The notes beneath the pieces are model-generated. The model searched no databases and was not told where the DNA came from. It saw only the letters and a program-made list of their open reading frames with translations. DNA of 34,410 bases from a virus (Duplodnaviria > Heunggongvirae > Uroviricota > Caudoviricetes). Positions 9,084 to 18,450 of this stretch are shown here, piece by piece (the first letter of the stretch is position 1; each line of letters begins with the position of its first letter). The stretch is from the IMG/VR virus record IMGVR_UViG_2778261135_000004, one strand, 5' to 3'. The position numbers and the translations under genes were made by a program.

Positions 9084-9171
9084 CTGTTGGGGATTTTTAT
9101 CGTTCATAGTTTATCCTGCCTGTTTTAGAGAAGGTGCATTGTTGCATTAAAACCGCCCCATGAAGCGGGCG

Positions 9172-9190
9172 GGCGAGGCGGGGAAAGCAC
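9172..9190. other. cos: cos site (19-nt cohesive-end sequence GGCGAGGCGGGGAAAGCAC)
   Basis: Exact match to the P2 cohesive-end sequence as I recall it, located between the right-end cargo and Q, where cos lies in a P2 prophage. Confidence 0.8.
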
Positions 9191-9242
9191 TGCGCGCTGT
9201 TTTGTGCGGTGGTGAGTGTGTGAGGGCGTGATGACGGGGTGT

Positions 9243-9264
9243 AAAAAAGCCGCCCGCAGGCGGC
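9243..9264 (-). terminator. Rho-independent terminator downstream of Q (minus strand)
   Basis: On the minus strand: GC-rich hairpin GCCGCC-TGCG-GGCGGC followed by TTTTTT, immediately after the Q stop codon. Confidence 0.75.
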
Positions 9265-9269
9265 GATGT

Positions 9270-10304
9270 TCAGCCGTTGTCAGTGTCCAGTGAGTAGTTT
9301 TTAAAGCGGATGACCTCCTGACCGAGCCAGCCGTTTATCTCGCGGATCCTGTCCTGTAACGGGATAAGCTCATTGCGGACAAAGACCTTTGCCACTTTCT
9401 CAATATCTCCCAGTGACCCGACGTTCTCCGGCTTGCCGCCCATCAACTGAAAGGGGATACGGTGCGCGTCCAGCAGGTCAGCGGCGCTGGCTTTTTTGAT
9501 ATTAAAAAAATCGTCCTTCGTTGCCACTTCACTGAGCGGGATAATTTTAATGCCGTCAGCTTTCCCCTGCGGGGCATAGAGAAACAGATTTTTAAAGTTG
9601 TTGCGACCTTTCGACTTAACCATGTTTTCGCGAAGCATTTCGATATCGTTGCGATCCTGCACGGCATCGGTGACGTACATGATGTATCCGGCATGTGCGC
9701 CATTTTCGTAATACTTGCGGCGGAACAGCGTAGCTGATTCATTCAGCCAGGCAGAATTAAGGGCGCTGAGATATTCCGGCAGGCCGTACAGCTCCTGATT
9801 AATATCCGGCTCCAGCAGGTGAAACACGGAGCCGGGCGCGAAAGGTGTCGGCTCGTTGAAGGACGGCACCCACCAGTAAACATCCTCCTCAACACCACGG
9901 CGGGTATATTTTGCCGGTGAGGTTTCCAGTCTGATGACCTTACCGGTGGTGCTGTAGCGCTTTTCCAGAAACGCATTACCGAACACCAGAAAATCCAGCA
10001 CAAAGCGGCTGAAATCCTGCTGGGAAAGCCACGGGTGCGGAATAAACGTTGAAGCCAGAATATTACGTTTGACGTAAATCGGTGAGCTGTGATGTACGGC
10101 AGCACGCAGGCTTTTTGCCAGACCGGTAAAGCTGACCGGTGGCTCATACCATCTGCCGTTACTGATGCACTCGACGTAATCCAGAATGTCACGGCGGTCG
10201 AGTACCGGCACCGGCTCACCAAAGGTGAATGCCTCCATTTTCGGGGCGCTGGCGGTGATTGTTTTTGCCGCAGGTTGCGGTGTTTTCCCTTTTTTCTTGC
10301 TCAT
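9270..10304 (-). CDS. Q: Portal protein Q, 344 aa
   Basis: 344-aa ORF; P2 gpQ length and sequence; start ATG overlaps the P stop (ATGA). Confidence 0.95.
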   Translation of the reverse strand: MSKKKGKTPQPAAKTITASAPKMEAFTFGEPVPVLDRRDILDYVECISNGRWYEPPVSFTGLAKSLRAAVHHSSPIYVKRNILASTFIPHPWLSQQDFSRFVLDFLVFGNAFLEKRYSTTGKVIRLETSPAKYTRRGVEEDVYWWVPSFNEPTPFAPGSVFHLLEPDINQELYGLPEYLSALNSAWLNESATLFRRKYYENGAHAGYIMYVTDAVQDRNDIEMLRENMVKSKGRNNFKNLFLYAPQGKADGIKIIPLSEVATKDDFFNIKKASAADLLDAHRIPFQLMGGKPENVGSLGDIEKVAKVFVRNELIPLQDRIREINGWLGQEVIRFKNYSLDTDNG

Positions 10305-12076
10305 CAGTAAAACTCCAGAATGGTGGATGTCAGCGGAGTGCTGATACCGGCGGTGAGTGGCTCATTTAACAGGGCGTGCATGGTCGCCCAGGCGAGGTCG
10401 GCGTGGCTGGCTTCCTCGCTGCGGCTGGCCTCATAGGTGGCGCTGCGTCCGCTGCTGGTCATGGTCTTGCGGATAGCCATAAACGAGCTGGTGATGTCGG
10501 TGGCGCTGACGTCATATTCCAGACAGCCACGGCGGATGACGTCTTTTGCCTTGAGCACCATTGCGGTTTTCATTTCCGGCGTGTAGCGGATATCGCGCGC
10601 GGCGGGATAGAACGAGCGCACGAGCTGGAACACGCCGACACCGAGGCCGGTGGCATCAATCCCGATGTATTCAACGTTATATTTTTCGGTGAGTTTGCGG
10701 ATGGATTCCGCCTGGGTGGCAAAGTCCATGCCTTTCCACTGGTGACGCTCAAGTATTCTGAATTTGCCACCGGCCACCACCGGCGGTGCCAGCACCACGC
10801 ATCCGGCGCTGTCGCCACGGTGTGACGGGTCGTAACCAATCCATACCGGACGTGAGCCGAACGGATTGACGGCAAACGGCGCATAGTCTTCCCATTCTTC
10901 CAGCGTATCGACCATGCAGCGTTGCAGCTCCTCGAACGGGAACACCGACGCCTTGTCGTCAACAAATTCACACATGAACAGGTTTTTAAAATCGTCGGCG
11001 CTGTTTTCACGTTTGAGCTGCTCAATGTCGAACAGCGTGCAGCCACCTTTCAGGGCATCCTCAATGGTGACAATCTGCCGCCACTGGCCGTCCGCACAGA
11101 GAAGCCCACCGGCAAGGGCGTTATGACTGACGTCGATTTCCACGCGTTCGGCGGCGCTGGCGCGTCCCCGGTTGAACAGTTCACCTGACCAGAACGGGTA
11201 GGCGTCGTGCGCCAGCGTGGACGGGGTGGAGAAATAGGTCGAGCGCAGGTGACTCTGTGAGGCCATACCTGATGCCACCTTACGCAGTACCTGAAAATTC
11301 GGGATCCAGAAAATCTCGTCGACGTACAGGTCGCCGTTATGGCTCTGCGCGGTGTTGGAGTTGGTGCCGAGAAAAATCAGTTTTGCGCCGTTATTGCCAA
11401 GGACAATCGGGTCACCGGTCAGGTCAACGTCAACCAGACGGGCAAAGGCGATGATGTATTCACGGAACACATACGCCTGCGTTTTACTGGCCGACAGAAA
11501 AATCTGGTTATGACCGGTTTTCAGGGCGCGCAGCAGCGCCTCGCGGGAAAAATAAAACGTCGCGCCAATCTGGCGGGATTTCAGGATATCGCGGATGCGG
11601 TGCTCAAGCCCGGCGCGATACCAGTGCAACTGATATTCAAAAGACTGCTCAAAGAAAATCTGCTCCAGCTTTTCGATGGCCTCGTCACTGAAAAAATTCT
11701 TTTTCGGTTTGCGACGCCCGCCTTTGTTGCGGTTAGCGACGTTCGGATTAAGGTCTGCCTCGTTGCCGGTCTGACTGTAGCGGTTGACCCGTGCCAGTCG
11801 TTCAATCTGACGTCCCAGCAGGTCAATTTCCTTGAAGTCACCGCCGGTTTTCTGCGGTTTGATGATGAGCTGGGTCAGCCGCGCTTCCAGACTCATTTCG
11901 ACACGGCTGATGGGGGCAACGCTGTCCCAGCCGTCGCGCTGTTTCCAGCTCTGCACCGTCGGGCGTTTCATCTGCAACATGGCGGCAATCTGCGGCACGG
12001 AAAACCCCTGCCAGTACAGCAGCGCCGCCTGACGACGCGGGTCGTGTAAAAGAGTGGTGTCTGTGGTGATGGTCAT
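10304..12076 (-). CDS. P: Terminase large (ATPase) subunit P, 590 aa
   Basis: Begins MTITTDTTLLHDPRRQ... at ATG 12076 (track start 12106 is an upstream extension); P2 gpP length and sequence. Confidence 0.95.
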   Translation of the reverse strand: MTITTDTTLLHDPRRQAALLYWQGFSVPQIAAMLQMKRPTVQSWKQRDGWDSVAPISRVEMSLEARLTQLIIKPQKTGGDFKEIDLLGRQIERLARVNRYSQTGNEADLNPNVANRNKGGRRKPKKNFFSDEAIEKLEQIFFEQSFEYQLHWYRAGLEHRIRDILKSRQIGATFYFSREALLRALKTGHNQIFLSASKTQAYVFREYIIAFARLVDVDLTGDPIVLGNNGAKLIFLGTNSNTAQSHNGDLYVDEIFWIPNFQVLRKVASGMASQSHLRSTYFSTPSTLAHDAYPFWSGELFNRGRASAAERVEIDVSHNALAGGLLCADGQWRQIVTIEDALKGGCTLFDIEQLKRENSADDFKNLFMCEFVDDKASVFPFEELQRCMVDTLEEWEDYAPFAVNPFGSRPVWIGYDPSHRGDSAGCVVLAPPVVAGGKFRILERHQWKGMDFATQAESIRKLTEKYNVEYIGIDATGLGVGVFQLVRSFYPAARDIRYTPEMKTAMVLKAKDVIRRGCLEYDVSATDITSSFMAIRKTMTSSGRSATYEASRSEEASHADLAWATMHALLNEPLTAGISTPLTSTILEFY

Positions 12077-12249
12077 GAATACCTCGCCGTGATGAATACA
12101 CGGCAAGGCTACTGAGTCGCGCCCCGCGATTCGCTAAGGTGCTGTTGTGTCAGTGATAAGCCATCCGGGACTGATGGCGGAGGATGCGCATCGTCGGGAA
12201 ACTGATGCCGACATGTGACTCCTCTACTCACTATTCAGGACTCCTGACA
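12077..12249. promoter_or_regulatory. Divergent late promoter region (P-Q leftward, O-onward rightward), Ogr-dependent by analogy with P2
   Basis: Intergenic gap between divergent P and O; position only. I could not identify an exact TGT-N12-ACA activator dyad by eye. Confidence 0.4.
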
Positions 12250-13104
12250 ATGGCAAAAAAAGTCTCAAAATTCTTTCGTATCGGCGTTGAGGGTGACACC
12301 TGTGACGGGCGTGTCATCAGTGCGCAGGATATTCAGGAAATGGCCGAAACCTTTGACCCGCGTGTCTATGGTTGCCGCATTAACCTGGAACATCTGCGCG
12401 GCATCCTGCCTGACGGTATTTTTAAACGTTATGGCGATGTGGTCGAACTGAAGGCCGAAAAGATTGACGACGATTCGGCGCTGAAAGGCAAATGGGCGCT
12501 GTTTGCGAAAATCACCCCGACCGATGACCTTATCGCGATGAACAAGGCCGCGCAGAAGGTCTACACCTCAATGGAAATTCAGCCGAACTTTGCCAATACC
12601 GGCAAATGTTATCTGGTGGGTCTGGCCGTCACCGACGACCCGGCGAGCCTCGGCACGGAATACCTGGAATTCTGCCGCAAGGCAAAACACAACCCCCTGA
12701 ACCGCTTCAAATTAAGCCCTGAAAACCTGATTTCAGTGGCAACGCCCGTTGAGCTGGAATTTGAAGACCTGCCTGAAACCGTGTTCACCGCCCTGACCGA
12801 AAAGGTGAAATCCATTTTTGGTCGCAAACAGGCCAGTGATGACGCCCGTCTGAATGATGTGCATGAAGCGGTGACCGCTGTTGCTGAACATGTGCAGGAA
12901 AAACTGAGCGCCACTGAGCAGCGCCTCGCTGAGATGGAAAACGCCTTTTCCGCACTTAAGCAGGAGGTGACTGACAGGGCGGATGAAACCAGCCAGGCAT
13001 TCACCCGCCTGAAAAACAGTCTCGACAACACCGAAAGTCTGACCCAGCAGCGCCGCAGCAAGGCCACCGGCGGTGGCGGAGACGCCCTGATGACGAACTG
13101 CTGA
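12250..13104 (+). CDS. O: Capsid scaffolding protein O, 284 aa
   Basis: Begins MAKKVSKFFRIGVEG... at ATG 12250; P2 gpO length and sequence. Confidence 0.95.
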   Translation: MAKKVSKFFRIGVEGDTCDGRVISAQDIQEMAETFDPRVYGCRINLEHLRGILPDGIFKRYGDVVELKAEKIDDDSALKGKWALFAKITPTDDLIAMNKAAQKVYTSMEIQPNFANTGKCYLVGLAVTDDPASLGTEYLEFCRKAKHNPLNRFKLSPENLISVATPVELEFEDLPETVFTALTEKVKSIFGRKQASDDARLNDVHEAVTAVAEHVQEKLSATEQRLAEMENAFSALKQEVTDRADETSQAFTRLKNSLDNTESLTQQRRSKATGGGGDALMTNC

Positions 13105-13162
13105 CCGGCGTCAGTCAGTCCGGGAAAACCTTCACGATTAACCCTTAATTTCAGGAACAAAT

Positions 13163-14236
13163 ATGCGCCAGGAAACCCGTTTTAAATTTAATGCCTATCT
13201 GTCCCGTGTTGCCGAACTGAACGGCATCGACGCCGGTGATGTGTCGAAAAAATTCACCGTTGAACCGTCGGTCACCCAGACCCTGATGAACACCATGCAG
13301 GAGTCCTCTGACTTTCTGACCCGCATCAACATTGTGCCGGTTAGCGAAATGAAAGGGGAAAAAATTGGTATTGGTGTCACCGGCTCCATCGCCAGCACCA
13401 CCGACACCGCCGGTGGCACCGAGCGTCAGCCGAAGGACTTCTCGAAGCTGGCGTCAAACAAGTACGAATGCGACCAGATTAACTTCGATTTTTATATCCG
13501 CTACAAAACGCTTGACCTGTGGGCGCGTTATCAGGATTTCCAGCTCCGTATCCGTAACGCCATTATCAAACGCCAGTCCCTTGATTTCATCATGGCCGGT
13601 TTTAACGGCGTGAAGCGTGCAGAAACCTCTGACCGCAGCAGCAATCCGATGCTGCAGGATGTGGCGGTCGGCTGGCTGCAGAAATACCGCAATGAAGCCC
13701 CGGCGCGCGTGATGAGCAAGGTTACTGACGAGGAAGGTCACACGACCTCTGAGGTCATCCGCGTAGGTAAGGGCGGTGATTATGCCAGCCTCGATGCACT
13801 GGTGATGGATGCGACCAACAACCTGATTGAACCGTGGTATCAGGAAGACCCTGACCTTGTGGTGATTGTGGGACGTCAGCTACTGGCGGACAAGTATTTC
13901 CCTATCGTCAACAAGGAGCAGGATAACAGCGAGATGCTGGCCGCTGACGTCATCATCAGCCAGAAACGCATCGGTAACCTGCCGGCGGTACGCGTCCCGT
14001 ACTTCCCGGCGGATGCGATGCTCATCACGAAGCTGGAAAACCTGTCCATCTACTACATGGATGACAGCCATCGCCGCGTGATTGTGGAAAACCCGAAACT
14101 CGACCGCGTGGAGAACTACGAGTCAATGAATATTGATTACGTGGTGGAAGACTACGCCGCCGGTTGCCTGGTGGAAAAAATTAAGGTCGGTGATTTCTCC
14201 ACACCGGCCAGGGCGACCGCAGAGCCGGGAGCGTAA
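13163..14236 (+). CDS. N: Major capsid protein N, 357 aa
   Basis: 357-aa ORF following O; P2 gpN length and sequence. Confidence 0.95.
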   Translation: MRQETRFKFNAYLSRVAELNGIDAGDVSKKFTVEPSVTQTLMNTMQESSDFLTRINIVPVSEMKGEKIGIGVTGSIASTTDTAGGTERQPKDFSKLASNKYECDQINFDFYIRYKTLDLWARYQDFQLRIRNAIIKRQSLDFIMAGFNGVKRAETSDRSSNPMLQDVAVGWLQKYRNEAPARVMSKVTDEEGHTTSEVIRVGKGGDYASLDALVMDATNNLIEPWYQEDPDLVVIVGRQLLADKYFPIVNKEQDNSEMLAADVIISQKRIGNLPAVRVPYFPADAMLITKLENLSIYYMDDSHRRVIVENPKLDRVENYESMNIDYVVEDYAAGCLVEKIKVGDFSTPARATAEPGA

Positions 14237-14239
14237 CCG

Positions 14240-14983
14240 ATGACGAGTCCCGCACAGCGCCACATGATGCGGGTCTCGGCAGCGATGACCGCGCAGCGGG
14301 AAGCCGCTCCGCTGCGACATGCAACTGTCTATGAGCAGATGCTGGTCAAGCTGGCCGCAGACCAGCGCACACTGAAAGCGATTTATTCAAAAGAGCTTAA
14401 GGCCGCGAAAAAGCGCGAACTGCTGCCGTTCTGGTTGCCGTGGGTGAACGGTGTGCTGGAGCAGGGCAAAGGTGCACAGGATGACATTCTGATGACGGTC
14501 ATGCTGTGGCGTCTGGATACCGGCGATATTGCCGGTGCGCTGGAGATTGCCCGTTATGCCCTGAAATACGGTCTGACCATGCCGGGTAAACACCGCCGCA
14601 CCCCGCCGTACATGTTCACCGAGGAGGTGGCACTTGCGGCCATGCGCGCCCACGCTGCCGGTGGGTCTGTGGATACCCGCCTGCTGACGGACACCCTCGA
14701 ACTGACCGCCACGGCTGACATGCCTGATGAAGTGCGCGCAAAGCTGCACAAAATCACCGGTCTGTTTCTGCGTGACGCTGGTGATGCCGCCGGTGCGCTG
14801 GCTCACCTGCAACGTGCGACACAGCTCGACTGTCAGGCAGGCGTCAAAAAAGAGATTGAACGACTGGAGCGGGAGCTGAAACCGAAGCCGGAGCCGCAGC
14901 CAAAAGCGGTCACCCGCGCCCCGCGTAAGACCCGGAGCGTGACACCGGCAAAACGTGGACGCCCGAAAAAGAAAGCCAGTTAA
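14240..14983 (+). CDS. M: Terminase small/endonuclease subunit M, 247 aa
   Basis: 247-aa ORF following N; basic C-terminal tail (KRGRPKKKAS); P2 gpM length. Confidence 0.9.
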   Translation: MTSPAQRHMMRVSAAMTAQREAAPLRHATVYEQMLVKLAADQRTLKAIYSKELKAAKKRELLPFWLPWVNGVLEQGKGAQDDILMTVMLWRLDTGDIAGALEIARYALKYGLTMPGKHRRTPPYMFTEEVALAAMRAHAAGGSVDTRLLTDTLELTATADMPDEVRAKLHKITGLFLRDAGDAAGALAHLQRATQLDCQAGVKKEIERLERELKPKPEPQPKAVTRAPRKTRSVTPAKRGRPKKKAS

Positions 14984-15082
14984 CAACCGAATGCGCCCCG
15001 CGCCAGGGCGGCACGCCGGTCAGTGAGGGTGAATCACCTGACACTGCACCGGCGTCCACCGCCCGACTTTTCAGAGGTAGTC

Positions 15083-15592
15083 ATGATGACGCTGATTATT
15101 CCGCGAAAGGAGGCTCCCGTGTCCGGTGAGGGTACGGTGGTCATCCCGCAACCGGCAGGCGACGAGCCGGTGATTAAAAACACGTTCTTTTTTCCCGATA
15201 TCGACCCGAAGCGCGTCCGGGAACGTATGCGCCTTGAGCAGACCGTCGCCCCCGCCCGTCTGCGTGAGGCCATCAAGTCAGGCATGGCGGAGACGAATGC
15301 GGAGCTGTACGAGTACCGCGAACAGAAAATTGCCGCCGGTTTTACGCGTCTGGCGGACGTCCCGGCGGACGACATCGACGGTGAAAGCATCAAAGTTTTT
15401 TACTACGAGCGCGCCGTGTGTGCGATGGCGACCGCGTCGCTTTATGAGCGTTATCGCGGCGTGGATGCCAGTGCGAAAGGCGACAAGAAGGCCGACAGCA
15501 TTGACAGCACCATTGATGAGCTGTGGCGGGATATGCGCTGGGCGGTGGCGCGCATCCAGGACAAACCGCGCTGCATCGTGAGTCAAATCTGA
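15083..15592 (+). CDS. L: Capsid completion protein L, 169 aa
   Basis: Begins MMTLIIPRKEAP... at ATG 15083 (track start 15023 is an extension); P2 gpL length. Confidence 0.9.
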   Translation: MMTLIIPRKEAPVSGEGTVVIPQPAGDEPVIKNTFFFPDIDPKRVRERMRLEQTVAPARLREAIKSGMAETNAELYEYREQKIAAGFTRLADVPADDIDGESIKVFYYERAVCAMATASLYERYRGVDASAKGDKKADSIDSTIDELWRDMRWAVARIQDKPRCIVSQI

Positions 15593-15795
15593 TGAAGACC
15601 TTTGCGCTACAGGGCGACACGCTCGACGCCATTTGTGTCCGGTATTACGGGCGCACTGAGGGCGTGGTTGAGACCGTGCTCGCCGCAAATCCGGGACTGG
15701 CTGAACTGGGTGCGGTGCTGCCACACGGCACCGCCGTCGAACTGCCCGACGTTCAGACCGCGCCCGTGGCTGAAACTGTCAATCTGTGGGAGTAA
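15592..15795 (+). CDS. X: Tail protein X (LysM-like), 67 aa
   Basis: Begins MKTFALQGDTLDAICVRYYG... at ATG 15592, overlapping the L stop (ATGA); P2 gpX length. Confidence 0.9.
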   Translation: MKTFALQGDTLDAICVRYYGRTEGVVETVLAANPGLAELGAVLPHGTAVELPDVQTAPVAETVNLWE

Positions 15796-15798
15796 CGC

Positions 15799-16080
15799 AT
15801 GACAGCAGAAGAAAAAAGCGTCCTCTCGCTTTTCATGATTGGAGTGCTGATTGTTGTCGGCAAGGTGCTTGCCGGTGGTGAACCCATCACCCCGCGTCTG
15901 TTTATCGGGCGCATGTTGCTCGGTGGTTTTGTCTCGATGGTTGCCGGTGTTGTTCTGGTGCAGTTTCCTGACCTGTCACTGCCTGCGGTGTGCGGCATCG
16001 GCTCCATGCTGGGTATCGCCGGTTATCAGGTGATTGAGATTGCCATTCAGCGCCGCTTTAAGGGCAGGGGGAAACAGTAA
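15799..16080 (+). CDS. Y: Holin Y, 93 aa
   Basis: 93-aa membrane protein with hydrophobic segments (LSLFMIGVLIVVGKVLAGG...), immediately upstream of the endolysin. Confidence 0.9.
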   Translation: MTAEEKSVLSLFMIGVLIVVGKVLAGGEPITPRLFIGRMLLGGFVSMVAGVVLVQFPDLSLPAVCGIGSMLGIAGYQVIEIAIQRRFKGRGKQ

Positions 16081-16577
16081 TGCCGGTAATTAACACGCAT
16101 CAGAATATCGCCGCCTTTCTCGACATGCTGGCCGTGTCCGAAGGGACGGCGAATCATCCGCTGACGAAAAACCGGGGCTATGACGTGATAGTCACCGGAC
16201 TGGACGGGAAGCCGGAAATTTTCACCGACTACAGTGACCACCCGTTCGCGCATGGCCGACCGGCGAAGGTGTTTAACCGTCGCGGTGAAAAATCCACGGC
16301 CTCCGGTCGCTATCAGCAGCTTTACCTGTTCTGGCCGCACTACCGCAAACAGCTTGCCCTGCCTGATTTCAGTCCGTTGTCACAGGACAGACTTGCCATT
16401 CAGTTGATCCGCGAACGCGGTGCACTGGATGACATCCGGGCGGGACGCATTGAGCGCGCCATTTCACGCTGTCGCAATATCTGGGCGTCCCTGCCGGGTG
16501 CCGGTTACGGTCAGCGTGAGCATTCACTGGAAAAACTGGTCACCGTCTGGCGTACCGCCGGCGGCGTACCGGCTTAA
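16080..16577 (+). CDS. K: Endolysin K (lysozyme), 165 aa
   Basis: 165-aa ORF following the holin; P2 gpK length and sequence. Confidence 0.9.
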   Translation: MPVINTHQNIAAFLDMLAVSEGTANHPLTKNRGYDVIVTGLDGKPEIFTDYSDHPFAHGRPAKVFNRRGEKSTASGRYQQLYLFWPHYRKQLALPDFSPLSQDRLAIQLIRERGALDDIRAGRIERAISRCRNIWASLPGAGYGQREHSLEKLVTVWRTAGGVPA

Positions 16578-16591
16578 ACGGAGTAAACACC

Positions 16592-17017
16592 ATGAAGAAA
16601 TTATCCCTTTCACTGATGCTGAACGTGTCGCTGGCGCTGATGCTGGCACTGTCCCTGATTTACCCGCAGAGCGTGGCCGTCAGTTTTGTCGCCGCCTGGG
16701 CGATTCTGGCGACGGTTATCTGTGTGGTTGCCGGTGGTGTCGGCGTGTATGCCACAGAGTATGTACTGGAACGCTACGGGCGGGAGCTGCCACCGGAATC
16801 GCTGGCCGTGAAGATTGTCACGTCGCTGTTTTTGCAGCCGGTGCCGTGGCGCAGACGGGCGGCGGCTCTGGTAGTGATGGTGGCGACGTTTATCTCGCTG
16901 GTCGCTGCCGGGTGGATTTTTACCGCGCTGATTTATCTCGTGGTATCGGTGTTCTTCCGGCTGATACGTACGGCCTGCCGTCAGCGTTTTGAGGGGCGGG
17001 AACCATGTCAAAGCTGA
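16592..17017 (+). CDS. lysA: Lysis regulatory membrane protein LysA, 141 aa
   Basis: 141-aa highly hydrophobic multi-TM protein in the lysis cassette. Confidence 0.85.
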   Translation: MKKLSLSLMLNVSLALMLALSLIYPQSVAVSFVAAWAILATVICVVAGGVGVYATEYVLERYGRELPPESLAVKIVTSLFLQPVPWRRRAAALVVMVATFISLVAAGWIFTALIYLVVSVFFRLIRTACRQRFEGREPCQS

Positions 17018-17430
17018 TGACTGTGCTGGTTGTGTTGTTATCGCTGGCGGTGGCGGGTCTGTTTCTGGCGAAGCATAAAAACGCCAGCCTGCGCACCTCA
17101 CTGGACAGGGCAAACAACGTCGCCAGCGAGCAGCAGGCGACCATCACCATGCTGAAAAATCAGCTTCATGTTGCGCTCACCAGGGCAGACAAAAACGAGC
17201 TGGCGCAGGTGGCACTGCGTCAGGAGCTGGAGAACGCTGCGAAGCGTGAAGCACAGCGCGAGAAAACCATCACGAGGTTACTTAATGAAAACGAAGATTT
17301 TCGCCGCTGGTACGGTGCTGACCTGCCTGATGCTGTGCGCCGGTTGCACCAGCGCACGGCCTGCACTGACGCCAGTGATTGTCCACAACGCCTGCCCGAA
17401 AGTGAGCCTTTGCCCGATGCCGGGCAGTGA
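17005..17430 (+). CDS. lysB: Spanin inner-membrane subunit LysB (Rz-like), 141 aa
   Basis: N-terminal TM segment followed by a coiled-coil periplasmic domain; carries the embedded lysC in the +1 frame. Confidence 0.85.
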   Translation: MSKLMTVLVVLLSLAVAGLFLAKHKNASLRTSLDRANNVASEQQATITMLKNQLHVALTRADKNELAQVALRQELENAAKREAQREKTITRLLNENEDFRRWYGADLPDAVRRLHQRTACTDASDCPQRLPESEPLPDAGQ

Positions 17431-17575
17431 CCCGCAGAAGAACGGCGATTTAAGTGCCGATATCCGGCAGCTTGAGAACGCGCTGGCACGCTGTGCCAGC
17501 CAGGTAAAAATGATTAAACACTGTCAGGACGAAAATGATGCTCAAACCCGACAGCCTGCGCAGGGCGCTGACTGA
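17285..17575 (+). CDS. lysC: Spanin outer-membrane lipoprotein LysC (Rz1-like), 96 aa, embedded in lysB and overlapping R
   Basis: ATG at 17285 in an alternative frame of lysB; signal peptide with lipobox (LCAGC); Pro-rich mature region; 96 aa matches P2 LysC. Confidence 0.8.
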   Translation: MKTKIFAAGTVLTCLMLCAGCTSARPALTPVIVHNACPKVSLCPMPGSDPQKNGDLSADIRQLENALARCASQVKMIKHCQDENDAQTRQPAQGAD

Positions 17576-18005
17576 TGCCGTCACGGTGTTGAAAACCAGT
17601 CCAGAGATGCTGCGGATATTCGTGGATAACGGGAGTATTGCCTCCACGCTGGCGGCGTCGTTGTCATTCGAAAAGCGTTACACGCTCAATGTGATTGTGA
17701 CCGAATTTACCGGTGATTTTGACCTGCTCATCGTGCCGGTGCTGGCGTGGCTACGGGAAAATCAGCCCGACATCATGACCACCGACGCAGGCCAGAAAAA
17801 GGGCTTCACGTTTTATGCAGACATCAACAATGACAGCAGCTTTGATATCAGCATCAGCCTGATGCTGACTGAGCGCACGCTGGTCAGTGAGGTTGACGGC
17901 GCGCTGCATGTGAAGAATATCCCGGAACCCCCGCCGCCGGAGCCGGTCACCCGCCCGATGGAGCTTTATATCAATGGCGAACTGGTGAGTAAGTGGGATG
18001 AATGA
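17535..18005 (+). CDS. R: Tail completion protein R, ~155 aa
   Basis: P2 gpR length and sequence; two adjacent ATG codons at 17535 and 17538 make the exact start ambiguous. Confidence 0.9.
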   Translation: MMLKPDSLRRALTDAVTVLKTSPEMLRIFVDNGSIASTLAASLSFEKRYTLNVIVTEFTGDFDLLIVPVLAWLRENQPDIMTTDAGQKKGFTFYADINNDSSFDISISLMLTERTLVSEVDGALHVKNIPEPPPPEPVTRPMELYINGELVSKWDE

Positions 18006-18450
18006 GTTTAAGCGTTTTGAAGACCGGCTGACCGGACTTATTGAATCGCTGTCACCGTCAGGGCGTCGACGACTGAGCGCCGAACTGGCGAAACGTCTGC
18101 GTCAGAATCAGCAGCGTCGGGTGATGGCACAGAAAGCCCCGGACGGCACACCCTATGCGCCACGCCAGCAGCAGAGCGCCAGAAAAAAGACCGGTCGCGT
18201 TAAGCGAAAAATGTTTGCGAAACTTATCACCAGTCGTTTTTTGCATATCCGCGCCAGCCCTGAACAGGCAGCAATGGAGTTTTACGGCGGGAAGTCGCCG
18301 AAAATCGCCAGTGTGCATCAGTTCGGTCTTTCGGAAGAAAACCGGAAAGACGGTAAGAAAATTGATTATCCGGCGCGTCCTCTGCTCGGCTTTACGGGTG
18401 AGGATGTGCAGATGATTGAAGAGATTATCCTGGCTCACCTCGACCGTTAG
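17998..18450 (+). CDS. S: Tail completion protein S, 150 aa
   Basis: 150-aa ORF overlapping the R stop; P2 gpS length. Confidence 0.9.
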   Translation: MNEFKRFEDRLTGLIESLSPSGRRRLSAELAKRLRQNQQRRVMAQKAPDGTPYAPRQQQSARKKTGRVKRKMFAKLITSRFLHIRASPEQAAMEFYGGKSPKIASVHQFGLSEENRKDGKKIDYPARPLLGFTGEDVQMIEEIILAHLDR

